Assembly: GCA_951406725.2 (NCBI GenBank)
Contig: OX597819.1
Location: forward strand, 73,284,001-73,348,000
Direction of reading: 5' to 3'
DNA: 64,000 nucleotides
From: Octopus vulgaris
Lineage: Eukaryota
Below the pieces are notes generated by a model. That model was given only the letters and a program-made list of their open reading frames with translations. It ran no database searches and was not told the origin of the DNA. Positions 1 through 12,900 of this stretch are shown here, in pieces. The position numbers and the translations under genes are program-made. The number at the start of each line of letters is the position of its first letter. Position 1 is the stretch's first letter.

Positions 1-3000
1 GTTGACGCCTGTAGGATGTGAACACGAAGGAGCACAACTGATTGCTACTATCTACCTGTTCTGCCAATCTACTTAAAATTTTTAGTATTGTACAGGTATT
101 TTGTCACAAAAATTTCGAGAAAAAACGTAGCGAAAGTCAAAGAATGTTCTTCATAACGAATAGTGAAACATTAAAAAATCTGCTTGTTTTTTTTTTCTCC
201 CACTCGTAAATTTTTTCGTGTAATTAAAATTTGTATTGTAAGGCCACGAGGATCTGCCCTATAGGGACAATCCTGGTAAATAATTATCGAAATAGTCAAA
301 TAAGTGTTGGAGTTTAAATAATTGAAGGGAGACAACTTGGGCGAATATTTATGAAAGTGACCGAGAAACCATTTTAATAAATTCTGCATCGTAAAAAAAA
401 AAAAAAGAAAGATAAAGAGATAAATACATTGTTTGATAACGGAGTTAGTTGTACTTTAGGAAAAACGGAGGGTTTACAAATAGGAACACAATTTAAATTA
501 ACTTGAAAATGAAGTGAAATTGATGGAAATAAAAACATGGTTTTTAGTTATATCCTTGTCCATTCTAGTTTGTCTTCGATTCTTCAGAATCGATAAAATG
601 TAACAGCCAAGATCCTTTCTTTACAAATTAATGACGTGTTTGAATGTTAGAAATTGTTATTATTTATTCCGCCGAGGTGGATTTTGCCTTTCATCCTTTC
701 GCGGTCGATTAAATAAGTACTTAGCATAATTTCTTCAGATTCCACCACAGCCAGCTTTTGCCTTTTGTCCTAACAGAAAAGGTTATTAGGATTGTTATGG
801 CAGCAATTGGTCAAAATGCTCAGCGACATTTCTTTGGAATTCTAACGTTCTAAGTTTGACCCTTTGAGCACTGGGGCCGATGTAATTGAATAACACCCCC
901 CACTAAAATTGCTGGCTTTGTACCAGAATTTCAAGCTGTTATTATTATTAAGAGAGTAACAGAATTGGTAGGAATCAGACTGAATACTTTCAGTGTTTTG
1001 TGGTGGGGAAGGGGGCTCAATGAAATAAATGACTGTTCCTGTACTGGGGTCAGTTATACTCCTTCCATCCTATTTGTGTGTTAGTGTAAGCACTCATGAA
1101 TCCTCTCAGACTTGGGGCCCCTGTTACTGACTTCCCTCTGCCTGGGCTCCTGAGCAAAAAAATATGTAATTGCGTACACAGCTCAAGAAAAACAATTGCA
1201 GGCAAAATAGTGAACAGAATGACAAAAAAAAATTTCCGGGAAATAACAATAATAGGCATATCTCTCAATAACCATGTTTGGTCGTGCTAATTTCCTCATC
1301 ACTTTCACCAATTTGATTTCCCAATTCACTCTCATTGCTGGCATAAGTTTAAACTCTTTGTCCAAAGAATAAATATCAATAATTTTCTCAACTTCAAAGT
1401 GCTGGGTTCGTCACACCCACTTTTTAAATAATTAAAAGCAAAGTAAGCAACAGCTATGGGGGAAAACTATTAACAATGAATTGTAAATACACTTTGCAAC
1501 ATTGTCAGTTGTCTGTTTCTAGTATTTTGTCTTTTATTTTTCTACATGTGTTGTTAAATTACTACTCAAGCAGGAACCTACTGGTGATGACATTTAAGCT
1601 ATTCCTGTTACAACAGGGACACGGCATGATAGGGTTAAAATAGTAGTTATCATTTTAATGTCCACTTTTCTGTGCTTGTCTAGATTAAATGGAATTAGTT
1701 GGCAGATTTTCTATAGCCAGATGCTTTTCTTTGTTATCAACTCATACCTGTTTCCAAGCAGAGTTATCATTCTTGATGACCAGATGCATTTCATAGTAGA
1801 CTGGAAATTGCTTGCATGATAGTAATTCTAATTTACAATCATCTTGCAAGTTACTTGGCAAACCTGTTGGTACTGATGTCGCATAGAAAGCACCCAGTAC
1901 ACTCTGTAAAGTGGTTGGCATTAGGAAGGACATCCAGTCATAGAAGACAATGAGGCCTGGTACAGTTCTTTGGCTCATTGCATCCAACACATGCCAGCAT
2001 AGAAAACAGACATCTAACAACCTGCTCTCTAGACACTAACAACATCAATAAAGTAAGCTTTATTATTATTATGATTATTATTCAGTGAGAGAGCAGTGCA
2101 TGCCATTAAAATGACACTGGGGCAAAACATACGAAGCCCAGTATACCCATCATAACTACCTGCCTGATAAGGGTACACCAGGCACATGCATCACCGCCAT
2201 ATATGCGCGACATAGTGATCTCATATCAAGATAAATAGCATATGATGTTGCAGGTGGGGCCCATTTAGAATTTTCTTCAAGTCGAGTAGCCCATCCCATT
2301 CAAAAGGTCCCCGAATAAGGGTTCGTTTAAGGATGTTTTATTAAACACCCATGTTTCTAGAGGTGAATTATTCAAACTCCAAAGAATTCCTCTGAACACA
2401 TGGCTAGAGTGTACTGGGTGCTTTCTATGCGACATCAGTACCAACAGGTTTGCCAAGTAACTTGCACTCAGTACACTAGTTAGTTAGTTAGTTAGTTAAT
2501 TTGGCTCCTTCTGCTTGTGATCATAGATGCACATATCATCAGCTACCAAGGGACATGCTCAACTAGTTATGGTCAAACAAACGACAAGCAAATCTTTAGT
2601 ATTGAGCAAAATATTTGCTGTAGTCCATCTTTTATATCAAGACAAAACAATATACATGATAACTCTTCCAATCATTTAAGATCAAAAGCTATGAGAGCCT
2701 GCTGCTACTGATGCTGCCACTGCTTGTTTGTTTGTGTTTTTTTTTTTTTTTAGGTTTTTCAGAATGCATTTTGGATGCTGTTTCCCAAACTTTTGTTTTC
2801 CACCACTATGATGAGTTTTTGAAATACAACAATGTATACATTTGCTAATTTTTATCAGTACTTAAAAGGTTTAGCATTTAAACAGGCCATATTTGAACAG
2901 AATATTCTAATTGTTTTATGTTCAAAAGTGATCAGACCTCTCCTCTCATGCCTACCCTACAATGCCATTCTAAAAATAAACAATCACATCTTTGAAATCT

Positions 3001-4682
3001 TGAGTCCATGAGATAATGCATGATTAATTGAAAACAATGTGAATAAATAAGCATTATTATTTTGGCAGAGGAATCTGAATGATAAACAGTTAAGTGAAAT
3101 GTAGAAGACACTGAATAAACTTATAAGTAATGTGATTTTAACCTCAATCTCAAGACGTTGAGCCTTACAAAGGAGATGAGACTAAGGAACAAGACATCTG
3201 ACACTGTTGTACTCGAGAAGATGTATTTGCCACAGTGGAAGTGATACTGGTGATGGTGCCACATAAAATAGCACCCAGTACACTCTGTGCCATGGTTGGT
3301 GTTAGGAAGGGCATCCAGCTGTAGAAACCATTGCCAAAATAGGTAATAGAGCCTGGTGCAGCCCTTGGCCTTATCAGCTCTGCTGAAACCGTCTAACCCA
3401 TGCCAGCATGGAAAACATGTTAAATGATGATGGTGATGATTTTATATAATAGACTTTGGTACAATCAAAGAATATATGTTATATATGGGTTGTTGAGATG
3501 TAGCATAGTCGGCAATGAGGTGGTCATTCAAAAATCCTTAGTCTCATGTTTCCATGCTGGCATGGTTTGGACGTTTTGACTGAAAAAACTGGTAAGCCAA
3601 GGATCTGCACCGGATTCCAGTCTGATTTGGCATGGTTTCTATGGCTGGATGCCCTTCCTAATGCCATCCACTCCAATGGTGCCTTTTACATACTAATGGC
3701 ACAGGTGTCATTGACCTGACACTGGCATTTACCACGCCTACAGTCTCACTTGGCTTGACAGGTTAACACAAGCATGGTATATCACCAATGGTCTTGGTCA
3801 CCTGCCACACCTCCATGAGGCCCAACACTTGAATCGTGCTTTTTATGTACCACCGGCACAAGTCAGTACTGACATTGACCACGACTACAATTTCACTTGG
3901 TTCAACAGGTCTTCACAAGTACAGCACATCACCCAACAATCGAATCTTGATGAAATTGTTCTTGTTATCACTTTCCTGCTGCAAAGTGTTATCTTTATCC
4001 TTTAATGTCAGGGTTCCATGCTGGCATGGGTTGGAGGGTGAGACATCTGATGGCTCCAAAGTCTCACTTCTTGCTCCAGAATCTACTTCAGAATGGTTTC
4101 TGTGGTCGAATGCCTTTCATAATGCTGACCACTTTATGGAATGTACTAGGTGCTTTTTTTCTTCTTTTTTTTCTTTTGGTGCTATTGGCCTAGAGGCATC
4201 TTTGAGCAAGTGTTTTTGACTATAGCCTCAGGCCGACTAAGGCTTTGTGAATGGATTTGGTAGATAGAATCTGAAAGAAGCCTGTTGCATATATGTGTAT
4301 CTTTGACCCCCAACACCGCTTCACAACTGGTGTCAGTGTGTTCACATCCCCATAACGTAGTGGTTCAAAAAAGAGACTAGAAATAATAATAATGAAATTT
4401 TTGTATACAGTGCTCAGGTGCACCACAGAATGAGTATCAAGTTTATAAAAAGAAAAAAAAAACTACTGGGAGTTAATTCATTTGAACAGTAATTCTTCAA
4501 GCTGGTGGCCTAGTATGTTTGTAGTGAAGCAGAGGCAAGGGATAAACACTGACACATTGAAACAAATAAAAGGAACAGTCTGGATGATTTTTGCATTCAC
4601 ATGGCTTGCTGAGTTGAATGGTAATGATCTTGGCAAATATTCTGAAAAATATGTTTTTCAAATATTATTATAATAATAATAA

Positions 4683-5008
4683 GGGCACTGAGAGAGCGCA
4701 AACCTTTGCCAAGGCAACACTGATATCCTCTCAATGATTAGCTGGAAATGGTTTTTAAAGTGAGAATATCTTAAATAAACTCGACTGTTGTCACAAATAA
4801 GAATACTAAAAATGAACCTGACCACTCTCAAAAATTAAGTAAAAAAAAAAGGAAAAACAATCCAGAATTCTTGTCTGGTACTGGATTGATCCCAGAATCT
4901 AATCAGTTTGTGCCAGTCATGGAAGTCAAACATCCCTGAAAGTTTCATCTGAATCCATCCAGCAGTTCTTAAGATATCTTGTCTACAAACCTCCGCCTTG
5001 GTAGAGGT
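4683..5008. mobile_element. Non-autonomous element with terminal palindrome (Helentron/HINE-like, family uncertain)
   Basis: ACCTCCGCCTTGGTAGAGGT terminal palindrome between (AAT)n tracts; opposite-orientation split copy at about 33570-33735 and 34240-34412. Confidence 0.5.
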
Positions 5009-6186
5009 AATAATAATAATAATAATAATAATAATTGGGATTCATCTGAGAAACTACACTGAAGGATTGTAGACAGTTCTGAAATCAGTATCAGAAATGC
5101 AGATTTCAAATCTTCTACAAAGGAAATTCTTTGTTGACTTGTGGAATGAGATACCATGTGTAGTGGGTGATATTTGAGTTATCCATCTTTGCCCCTTATT
5201 TGTGAGATGTTGGAGAATTATGTTTTCCTCTACTTCTGCTCCGTTGTGTTTGATCCCCCTCAAGCCACTTTTTCTGATCTGTAGTTTGAATGAAGTTAAC
5301 GCGATTTGTTCAAATAAATATTCTTGTCACCAAAGTGCTATTGATATTACATTGTGTAATGGTATGAAGTTTCAAAGACATTTCAGGAAATTATTTGCAG
5401 ACTTGTCTGGTATGTTGGTTTGAGATAAGCTTAACCTTTTTGTTACCATATTTCTGATGAAATATACTGCCTTTGTTACAAATAATTTTGAAAAAAATTG
5501 TGAAGAATTTAGTAAACTAACTTTCTCATTATTAAGCTGTTGTTTCAAACACAAATTAATATAAAATGTTGAAAGAAAGGTTTAATTACAATCATTTTAA
5601 AACTGGAAATTAGCCACACCCATGCTGACACTATGTATAAAGCACCCCTGATGACATCACATAGAAAGCACCCATTATGCTCTGTAAAGGGGTTGGTGTT
5701 AGGAAGGGCATCCAGCTATAGAAACCATGCCAAAACAGATAACTGGAGCTTGGTGCAGCCCTCTGACTTGCTAGCTCCTGTAAAACTGCCTGATCCATGC
5801 CAGCATGGAAAACGGATATTAAATGAGGGATGCCAGAACTGCCTGACTGGCTCTCATGCTGGTGGCACATAAAAGCACCCACTACACTCTTGGAGTGGTT
5901 GGTGTTAGGAAGGGCATCCAGCTGTAGAAACTTTGCTAGATCAGATTGGAGCCTGGTGCAGCCTTCTGGCTCGCCAGTCCTCAGTCAAATAGTCCAACCC
6001 ATGCCAGCATGGAAAGTGGACGTTAAACGATGATGATGATAATCATAATCAAGAGTGGCCTTAAGCAGGTTGGTATAGAAAGGGGTTAAGCTCTATATTT
6101 CCGCATTCTAGCTTCTCCGAAGCTGCTACACCATTAAATTATTATAATTCATAATAATGTGAACAATTATAATTTGAATTTTGCAG

Positions 6187-6337
6187 GTGTCACTGCCGAT
6201 GTTGGAGAACGGATGATAGAAGCATGCAACGGGGATCTCCAAATGGCTGTGGAAATGCACATGGATGGAAACACTAGCATTATGCTTCCCAATTCCGAAA
6301 AGGGAAGTACAAGTACAAAATCAAGTATTTCAAATAA
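6187..6337 (+). CDS. UBXN7: UBXN7 exon, UBA-like domain
   Basis: ttttgcag acceptor, gtaaat donor; (G)VTADVGERMIEACNGDLQMAVEMHMDG...; phase 1 to 2. Confidence 0.9.
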
Positions 6338-9300
6338 GTAAATGCAGTTTTACTTTTTATCTTTTTTCCCCCTCCCTAAATCTTTAACTTGTTTCAGCCA
6401 TATTGGGACACCACCTAAGTTATGGGGATGTAAACACACCGACACTGGTTATCAAGTGATGGGTGGGACAGACACAGTGACACGCACACACGCACAAAGG
6501 CTTCTTTTGGTTTCCATCTACCAAATCAACTCACAAGGGTTTGTTCAGCCCAATGGTTTAGTAATTAAAAAAAAAAAGCACTTGTCCAAGGTGCCATGCA
6601 GTGGGACTGAATCCAGAACTATGTGGTTGGGAAAGCAAACTTCTTACCACACAGCCACGCTTAACAATTCTTTAAATATCAATTAATCTCATGTCGTAAA
6701 TTATGATTTAAGCATAAGTGTACGATTTTAGTGATGATGTGTGGCCTAGTGGTTCAGGTTTTGTAATCCTGATAGCAAGATCGTTGTTTCAATTCCCAGA
6801 CCAGGTGGCATGTTGTGCTCTTGAGGAAAACACTTCATATCATGTTACTCCAGTGCAGTCAGTTGTAAATGAGTAATTCTGCAATTGTTTGAAATTATGA
6901 TCTCAGCCACTTGTATGCCATGGAAATTGGGCAGCCATCCTGATGAGTCCCTGGGACTTGTACTACAACAAATGAAAAACAAAAAAAAAATTCTGGCTAA
7001 CATTGAATATGTTGTTATGAGCATATATCAAACCACACATAATACTCACTCATGCATGTGTGTGCACATGTTGACTTACATGTGTTCCGTGACTGGTATG
7101 TGGTATATGTATATTAACCCTTTTGATACCAACCTGGCTGAAACCAGCTCAGGCTCTGTAGTGCAAATGTCTTGTTTTCATAAGTTTTGAATTAAAATCT
7201 TCCACCAAATCTTAGTCACAATTTGTGTTCCTAACACTGGCTGAATGATAACTAAGTTATTTTACTAAATTCTTTTTTATATTTAAAATTAATTGAAAGA
7301 AACACAGAGCATCTCAACAGAAATATGGTAACAAAAGGGTTAAAATATATAATAGAGAAACAACTCTTAACCCTTTCGTTACTATATTTCTGACCAAAAT
7401 ACACCCCTTATGTGTTTCAATTAATTTCTAACATAATCATAAATTTAGTCTGGTTTCATTAAACAACTATAACTTTTTTATTTATCAATATATTAATCTG
7501 ATTTTTGGAAGATAATTTAATGAAATATTCGCAACCAATTCTATACTATAATTTTTGTCACAAAGTGACTCTAATTGCAAGTAGATACAGGTAAATTCAA
7601 CAAAATATAAAATTATTAAAATTTTGTTCAAACATCGCTATAGAAAATGGGTTATTAGCTAATATTCAATTGGGTATACAACAAAATTTTACGATAGAAT
7701 TTGTTATTCTGGGTAACTTTCTGATACCAATAATAATATTTATGGCAAAATAGTCTTAATTTCATTTAAGGTTGTGGTAAACCACTAACTATCCTTTCTT
7801 TCGCTTTGTTTACATTTAGCGTAACGGTTCGCTTCCGCCGTAATGATTTCAAATAGGCTCATTTGTAAAAGTAAAAAGAAATAGTCTAAGGCTTTACTCT
7901 CCTGAGAAAGTCTGTGGCTTGGTCCAGTTTCTTCAGAAAAATCACCGAAAGAAACAGTTTTTAAATTTTCACTCCATTCAGGTGCCAATTCATTTTCTTT
8001 ATCACTGTTGGAGCTCTCGGATTCACTGTTTTCACTTTCGGAAAATGAAACATCAGATTCATTATCAAATACCACGTGCTTTTTTTTTCAGTCATAGAGT
8101 TAGATTTATGAAGGTCTTCAGTAGAAAATCCTTCAAATTCTGACTCGCTGCTTGATATAATGAAATTCGTATCCATTTTTTGTCAGAATTACAAATTTTG
8201 AAAACACAATAGGAACAAATTTCAGAAAAAAATCTCCCAAAATTCACGGAATTAAAATTACACTTCGATTGTTGTACAAAACTGTAGTTGAACTGTTTGC
8301 GAAGTATAATACGTGTTTTCACGAATGTACTAAAGAGATTTGCTCTGATATTCTCATTTAAATATGAATAGGTAAATACGGGCGAGTTTGGGCGGTTTGG
8401 TCACGTTAACCAAAATTTTTTCGGGCGGCTTTGGGCGGTTTGGTAACGAAAGGGTTAACCCTGTTGATACCAATCCAGCTGAAACCAGCTCTGGCTCTAA
8501 GTACAAATGTCTTGTTTTCATAAGTTATAAATTAAAGTCTTCCACCAAACCTTAGTCACACTTTATGTGCCTAACACTAGCTTCATGATAACTAAGTTAT
8601 TTTACTAAATTCTTTGTTATATTTAAAATTAATTGAAAGAAACACAGAGCATCTCAATAAATACAGTAATGAAAGGGTTAATATATGATGCATGTGTGTC
8701 TACGTCACCATCATCATCATCATCATTTTAATGTCTACTTTTCTATGCTTGCATTGGTCAGATGTAATTTGTTGAGGCAGATACCATTCTTGTTGCTAAC
8801 CCTCACCTGTTTCCAAGTAAGGTAATATTACTCCCTGGCCAGGCATGTTTTTCAGGAAAGATAGCAGACGAACAACCTTGCTTGTGTGATGGTGATACCT
8901 GTTTACAACCATCAGATAATGTGAAAGCAAAGGTACACACATGCAGGCACCCACATACACACAAGATTCTATCTTCCAAATTCACTGACAAAGGTTTGGT
9001 TGTCCTGGGGCTAACCTTAGTAAACACTTGTTCAAGGTGCCACACAGTGGAACTGAATACTAAACCACATGATTAGGAATCAAGCTTCTTAGCCATACAG
9101 CCATACCTGTACCAAGCCAAACAGTACAAGTGTGTTTGTGTGTGTGTGTAGATGCTGTGGATGCAAACACGACTGAGTGAGTATGAAGTTTGTTTCTTAA
9201 TGATGAGGTTCCCAGTTCAGTTCCACTCTGGCATCTTGAGTAAATACTTTCCTCCATCACCACAATTCAATCCATGATTTTTAGTGAAAGTGGGTAGATG

Positions 9301-9624
9301 GAAATTGGGAGTGAGATGAGGGTTGCCAGAAATTGATGCAGGCACTGTCCCTGTATGACTGGTCATGTCACACCGTGTCATACTGATTTTGCTTGAGGAT
9401 TATATTAAGGGTACAAGTACCTGTGGGGTACTCAGCCTCTGTTTGTATAAATTTGTGTATGAATATATATTTATGTCTGTTTGCCCCATCCCCACTGATG
9501 ACTGGTGTTGATTTGTTAAGTGCTGGGGGTCATTTCATTCAACTAAAACTCTTCAAGGTGGTGCTCCAGCATGGCCACAGTCTAATGATATGAAACAATA
9601 GTGGCATATATATGTGTGTGTATG

Positions 9625-9688
<64 letters not shown>

Positions 9689-9866
9689 TATGTATATAGT
9701 CTTTTGCACGTTTCAGTCATTTGACTGCGACCATGCTGGAGCACCGCCTTTTAGTCGAGCAAATCAACCCCCAGGACTTCTTCTTTGTAAGCCTGGTACT
9801 TATTCTATCGGTCTCTTTTGCTGAACCGCTGGTAAGCAAGCTACTTACCACACAGCCACTACTATG

Positions 9867-9918
<52 letters not shown>

Positions 9919-12900
9919 AAACTACACTTTTAGAATATTCTCCACCATTGCTAGGTCTTCCAGATAACAGAAACCTGCTACTACCTCTAAGGATCCTCCT
10001 GGCCATTTCAGAAAATCAAATTCCCAAGGGTCCTTAATGTTTATTACTCCTCCTCTACATCTCCCACACACAAAGACTACTTTCCTTGTTAACCTCTTGT
10101 GTGTCCATTGTCTGCACTGTATGGAAGTCCTCCCTTTCCTACATTTTGAGCAGAGCCATTTACTTGATAAGAAGTGACTACTGTCTGTTTTCTTGCTTAC
10201 TACAACTTTGCTCTTTGCTAAGTTAACTTTAAGGCCCTTTGATTCCAGGTTTTTGTTTCCAAACCTGAATTTCGTTACCAATTCTGCTACAGATTCCACT
10301 ATAAGAACAAGATCATTAGCGTATAGTAGCAGCTGGTCTTAAATGTCTCTCTTATGGCCTGAAGGACTATGATGAATAGGAGGCAGATGGAAACTGAGCT
10401 CTGGTGAATTCCTATCTCTATTCTAAATTCATTCTATTCTAACTTCCTTAATGCATTTGTGGTGATCCCATCAATGGCGAAATTGAAAAGAGTTGGCAAA
10501 AGAACACATCCTTGCCAAACGCCAGATCGTATTTCGAAGGGTTCCAACACTTCACCATACACGCGTACGCGGGATCTTGTTGAACGGTAATAAGCTTTGA
10601 TAAGATTAAGAAGTTTAGGTGGGATACCATCTGACTGCATGACCTTCCAGAGCGTGTCACAATCGACGAAGTCGAATGTAGCAGCAAAATCAACAAAGCC
10701 TATGACTGTTTTTTGCTGAAAGCACCAATGGTGTTCGAGGATTCATCTTAGGGTGAAGATTTGATCGGTGCAGCCTTGACTTTGACAGAAGCCACACTGG
10801 TTTGGTCTTGTTCTAGAATCACATTCTGACTGGAATCATCTCAGAAGAATAGGTGCAAATATTTTGGCAGAAACGTCAATCAGACTGATGCCGTGGTAGT
10901 TGCTGCAGCAGTGTTTATCACGTTTCTTAAAGAAAGGTACCAGTGTTGCGTCACTCCAGTCTTGGGGGAGGGTTTCCGTATCCCAAACCCAGGTGATAAC
11001 TTGATGAATCGCAGGCCCCAGTATATTTGCACTATGCTTGAGGATCTCAGCAGGAATGTTATCTTTGCCAGCAGCTTTGTTATTTTTGAGCTTTCTGATA
11101 ACAGCAAGGACCTCTTTAAGTGTGGGGAGAGCTGTTTGGCAGTTATACAAGGTTGGGATCGCAGGAACAGATAAGCGGGGCTGGTAGTCGTGGTTCAGCA
11201 GATTGGCGAAATGGCCTCTCCAGCAGATGATGCGCTCAGTGAGATTGGTGATGGGATCGCCATTCTGGTCCAAAATGGTTTCGTTATCACTCCAGCCTGT
11301 CTTTGTGCTCGATCGAAGGGGGCTGTAGAGCTTATGGGAGTCCCCAGCAGATGCGGCGCATTCCATGTCTTCAGCCACCGTCCTCCAGAATTTATTTTGA
11401 TCAGTGTGGGCAGAACGGGCAGTTTCATGGTGCAGTTGTCTGAAGGTATCGGATTGGTTAAATCAAGCTTGTTTCACTTTTTCAGCAATTTCGACTGTTC
11501 GTCCCAAGATCCAATCTTTGTCTTTTCGCTTAGTAGTGCCGAGTGTTGTGGACATCATGGATTGAAGATTGTGTTTGACCGTTTACCAGACATCACCCTA
11601 TAGCTTCATGAGCATTTGAAAAAATTTATATATATATATATATATATATATAATCAGAGGATATGTTAACCTCAAGATGGGATGGTTGCAACCAAGGAAA
11701 TACTGATTCAATACCTAGTATTGCTGGGGAATGAAATTCCCTTAAAGCAGTAGGTATATATTAAGCATATAGTTTATATCCAGTTAAAAGAAGAAAAGAA
11801 AATGGAGATAAGGAAGTTAACAATTATTTATTATTAACAAATTAGTCAGCTTTGCTTCTTACAGCTGTTTCAATTAATACTCAGTAATTTAATCACAAAT
11901 TTGTACATAAAATTTGCTGGAGAGACCAAATGTGTGCATGCCTCTTTTCTTGATTTTCTCTCTGCTAGTTTTAGGTGTATTTACTCTCTTTTTTGGGTTG
12001 GATTGGGTTGGTGACAAGAAGGGCACCCAACTACAGAAAATCTGTCTTAATCAAATACCATTTGACCCATGGAAGCATGGAAAAGTAGTTGTTAGACAAC
12101 GACTATGATGATGATGATTCACATGTTCTCCTAAAACTTTACAACACCCTGCCAATTGTTTTTTTTTTTGTTTGCTAATAATTGAAATTAAATATTAATC
12201 ACAATGAATTCATCCATTTATCCCATAATACAGTCTCTGAAGACCACAATAAGTACTCTTGCTTTTCAGACTAACGTCGACTTTGTCATTTAATGTCCAT
12301 TGTCCATGCTAGCATGGGTTGGACAGTTTGACAGGTACTGTCAAGCCAGAAGGCTGCACTACACTCCATTGTCTGTTTTGGCATGGTTTCCATGTAAAGT
12401 GGTTGGAGTTAGGAAGGGCATCCAACCATGCCAAAGCAGACTATGGGATGTGGTGCAGCTCTTGGCTTCACAGCTTCCAGCATGGAAAACAAGACATTAT
12501 TTGAGGACGATGATGATTTTATATAACTCTAACATAAAAATGAATTAGGAAATCTACCAATGGTTGTAAAGAACTGTTTGCATTATGTATTTTGTGATGA
12601 TCCCTCATGTATTGTAAGTTTGTAAACTTATGTTTCAATACCTTTAATTGGCAGCACTGATGAAGTTCGAGCACCAATTCCTCAAAAAAGAGAAATTCTT
12701 GTTGAAGATGCACCTGTGTTTGGTAAGTCTGGATATGCTTCATTTCCTTCCTTCTCAAATACCTCAGAAATAAATCACTACATTGGTCTGTTTCAGTTGC
12801 ATGTACAGGGTGGGCCAAAAGTCACAAGGGACTGAAATTTTAATAATTTCTTTCTATCTCTTCTGTACTATTTATACTCAGCTCTGCTGTTCTCTGTGGG

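Noticed and set aside
42-101. Possible first coding exon of UBXN7 (LLKIFSIV...ACAG|gtattt resembles LIQQFTTITG)
   Set aside because: The phase-1 frame needed to join 6187 has a TAG at 83-85, and the look-alike frame has no ATG after the stop at 39-41. The real first exon is probably upstream; a non-coding exon cannot be excluded.
2474-2498. Telomere-like repeat
   Set aside because: The unit is TTAG, not TTAGGG; it is a short microsatellite filler.
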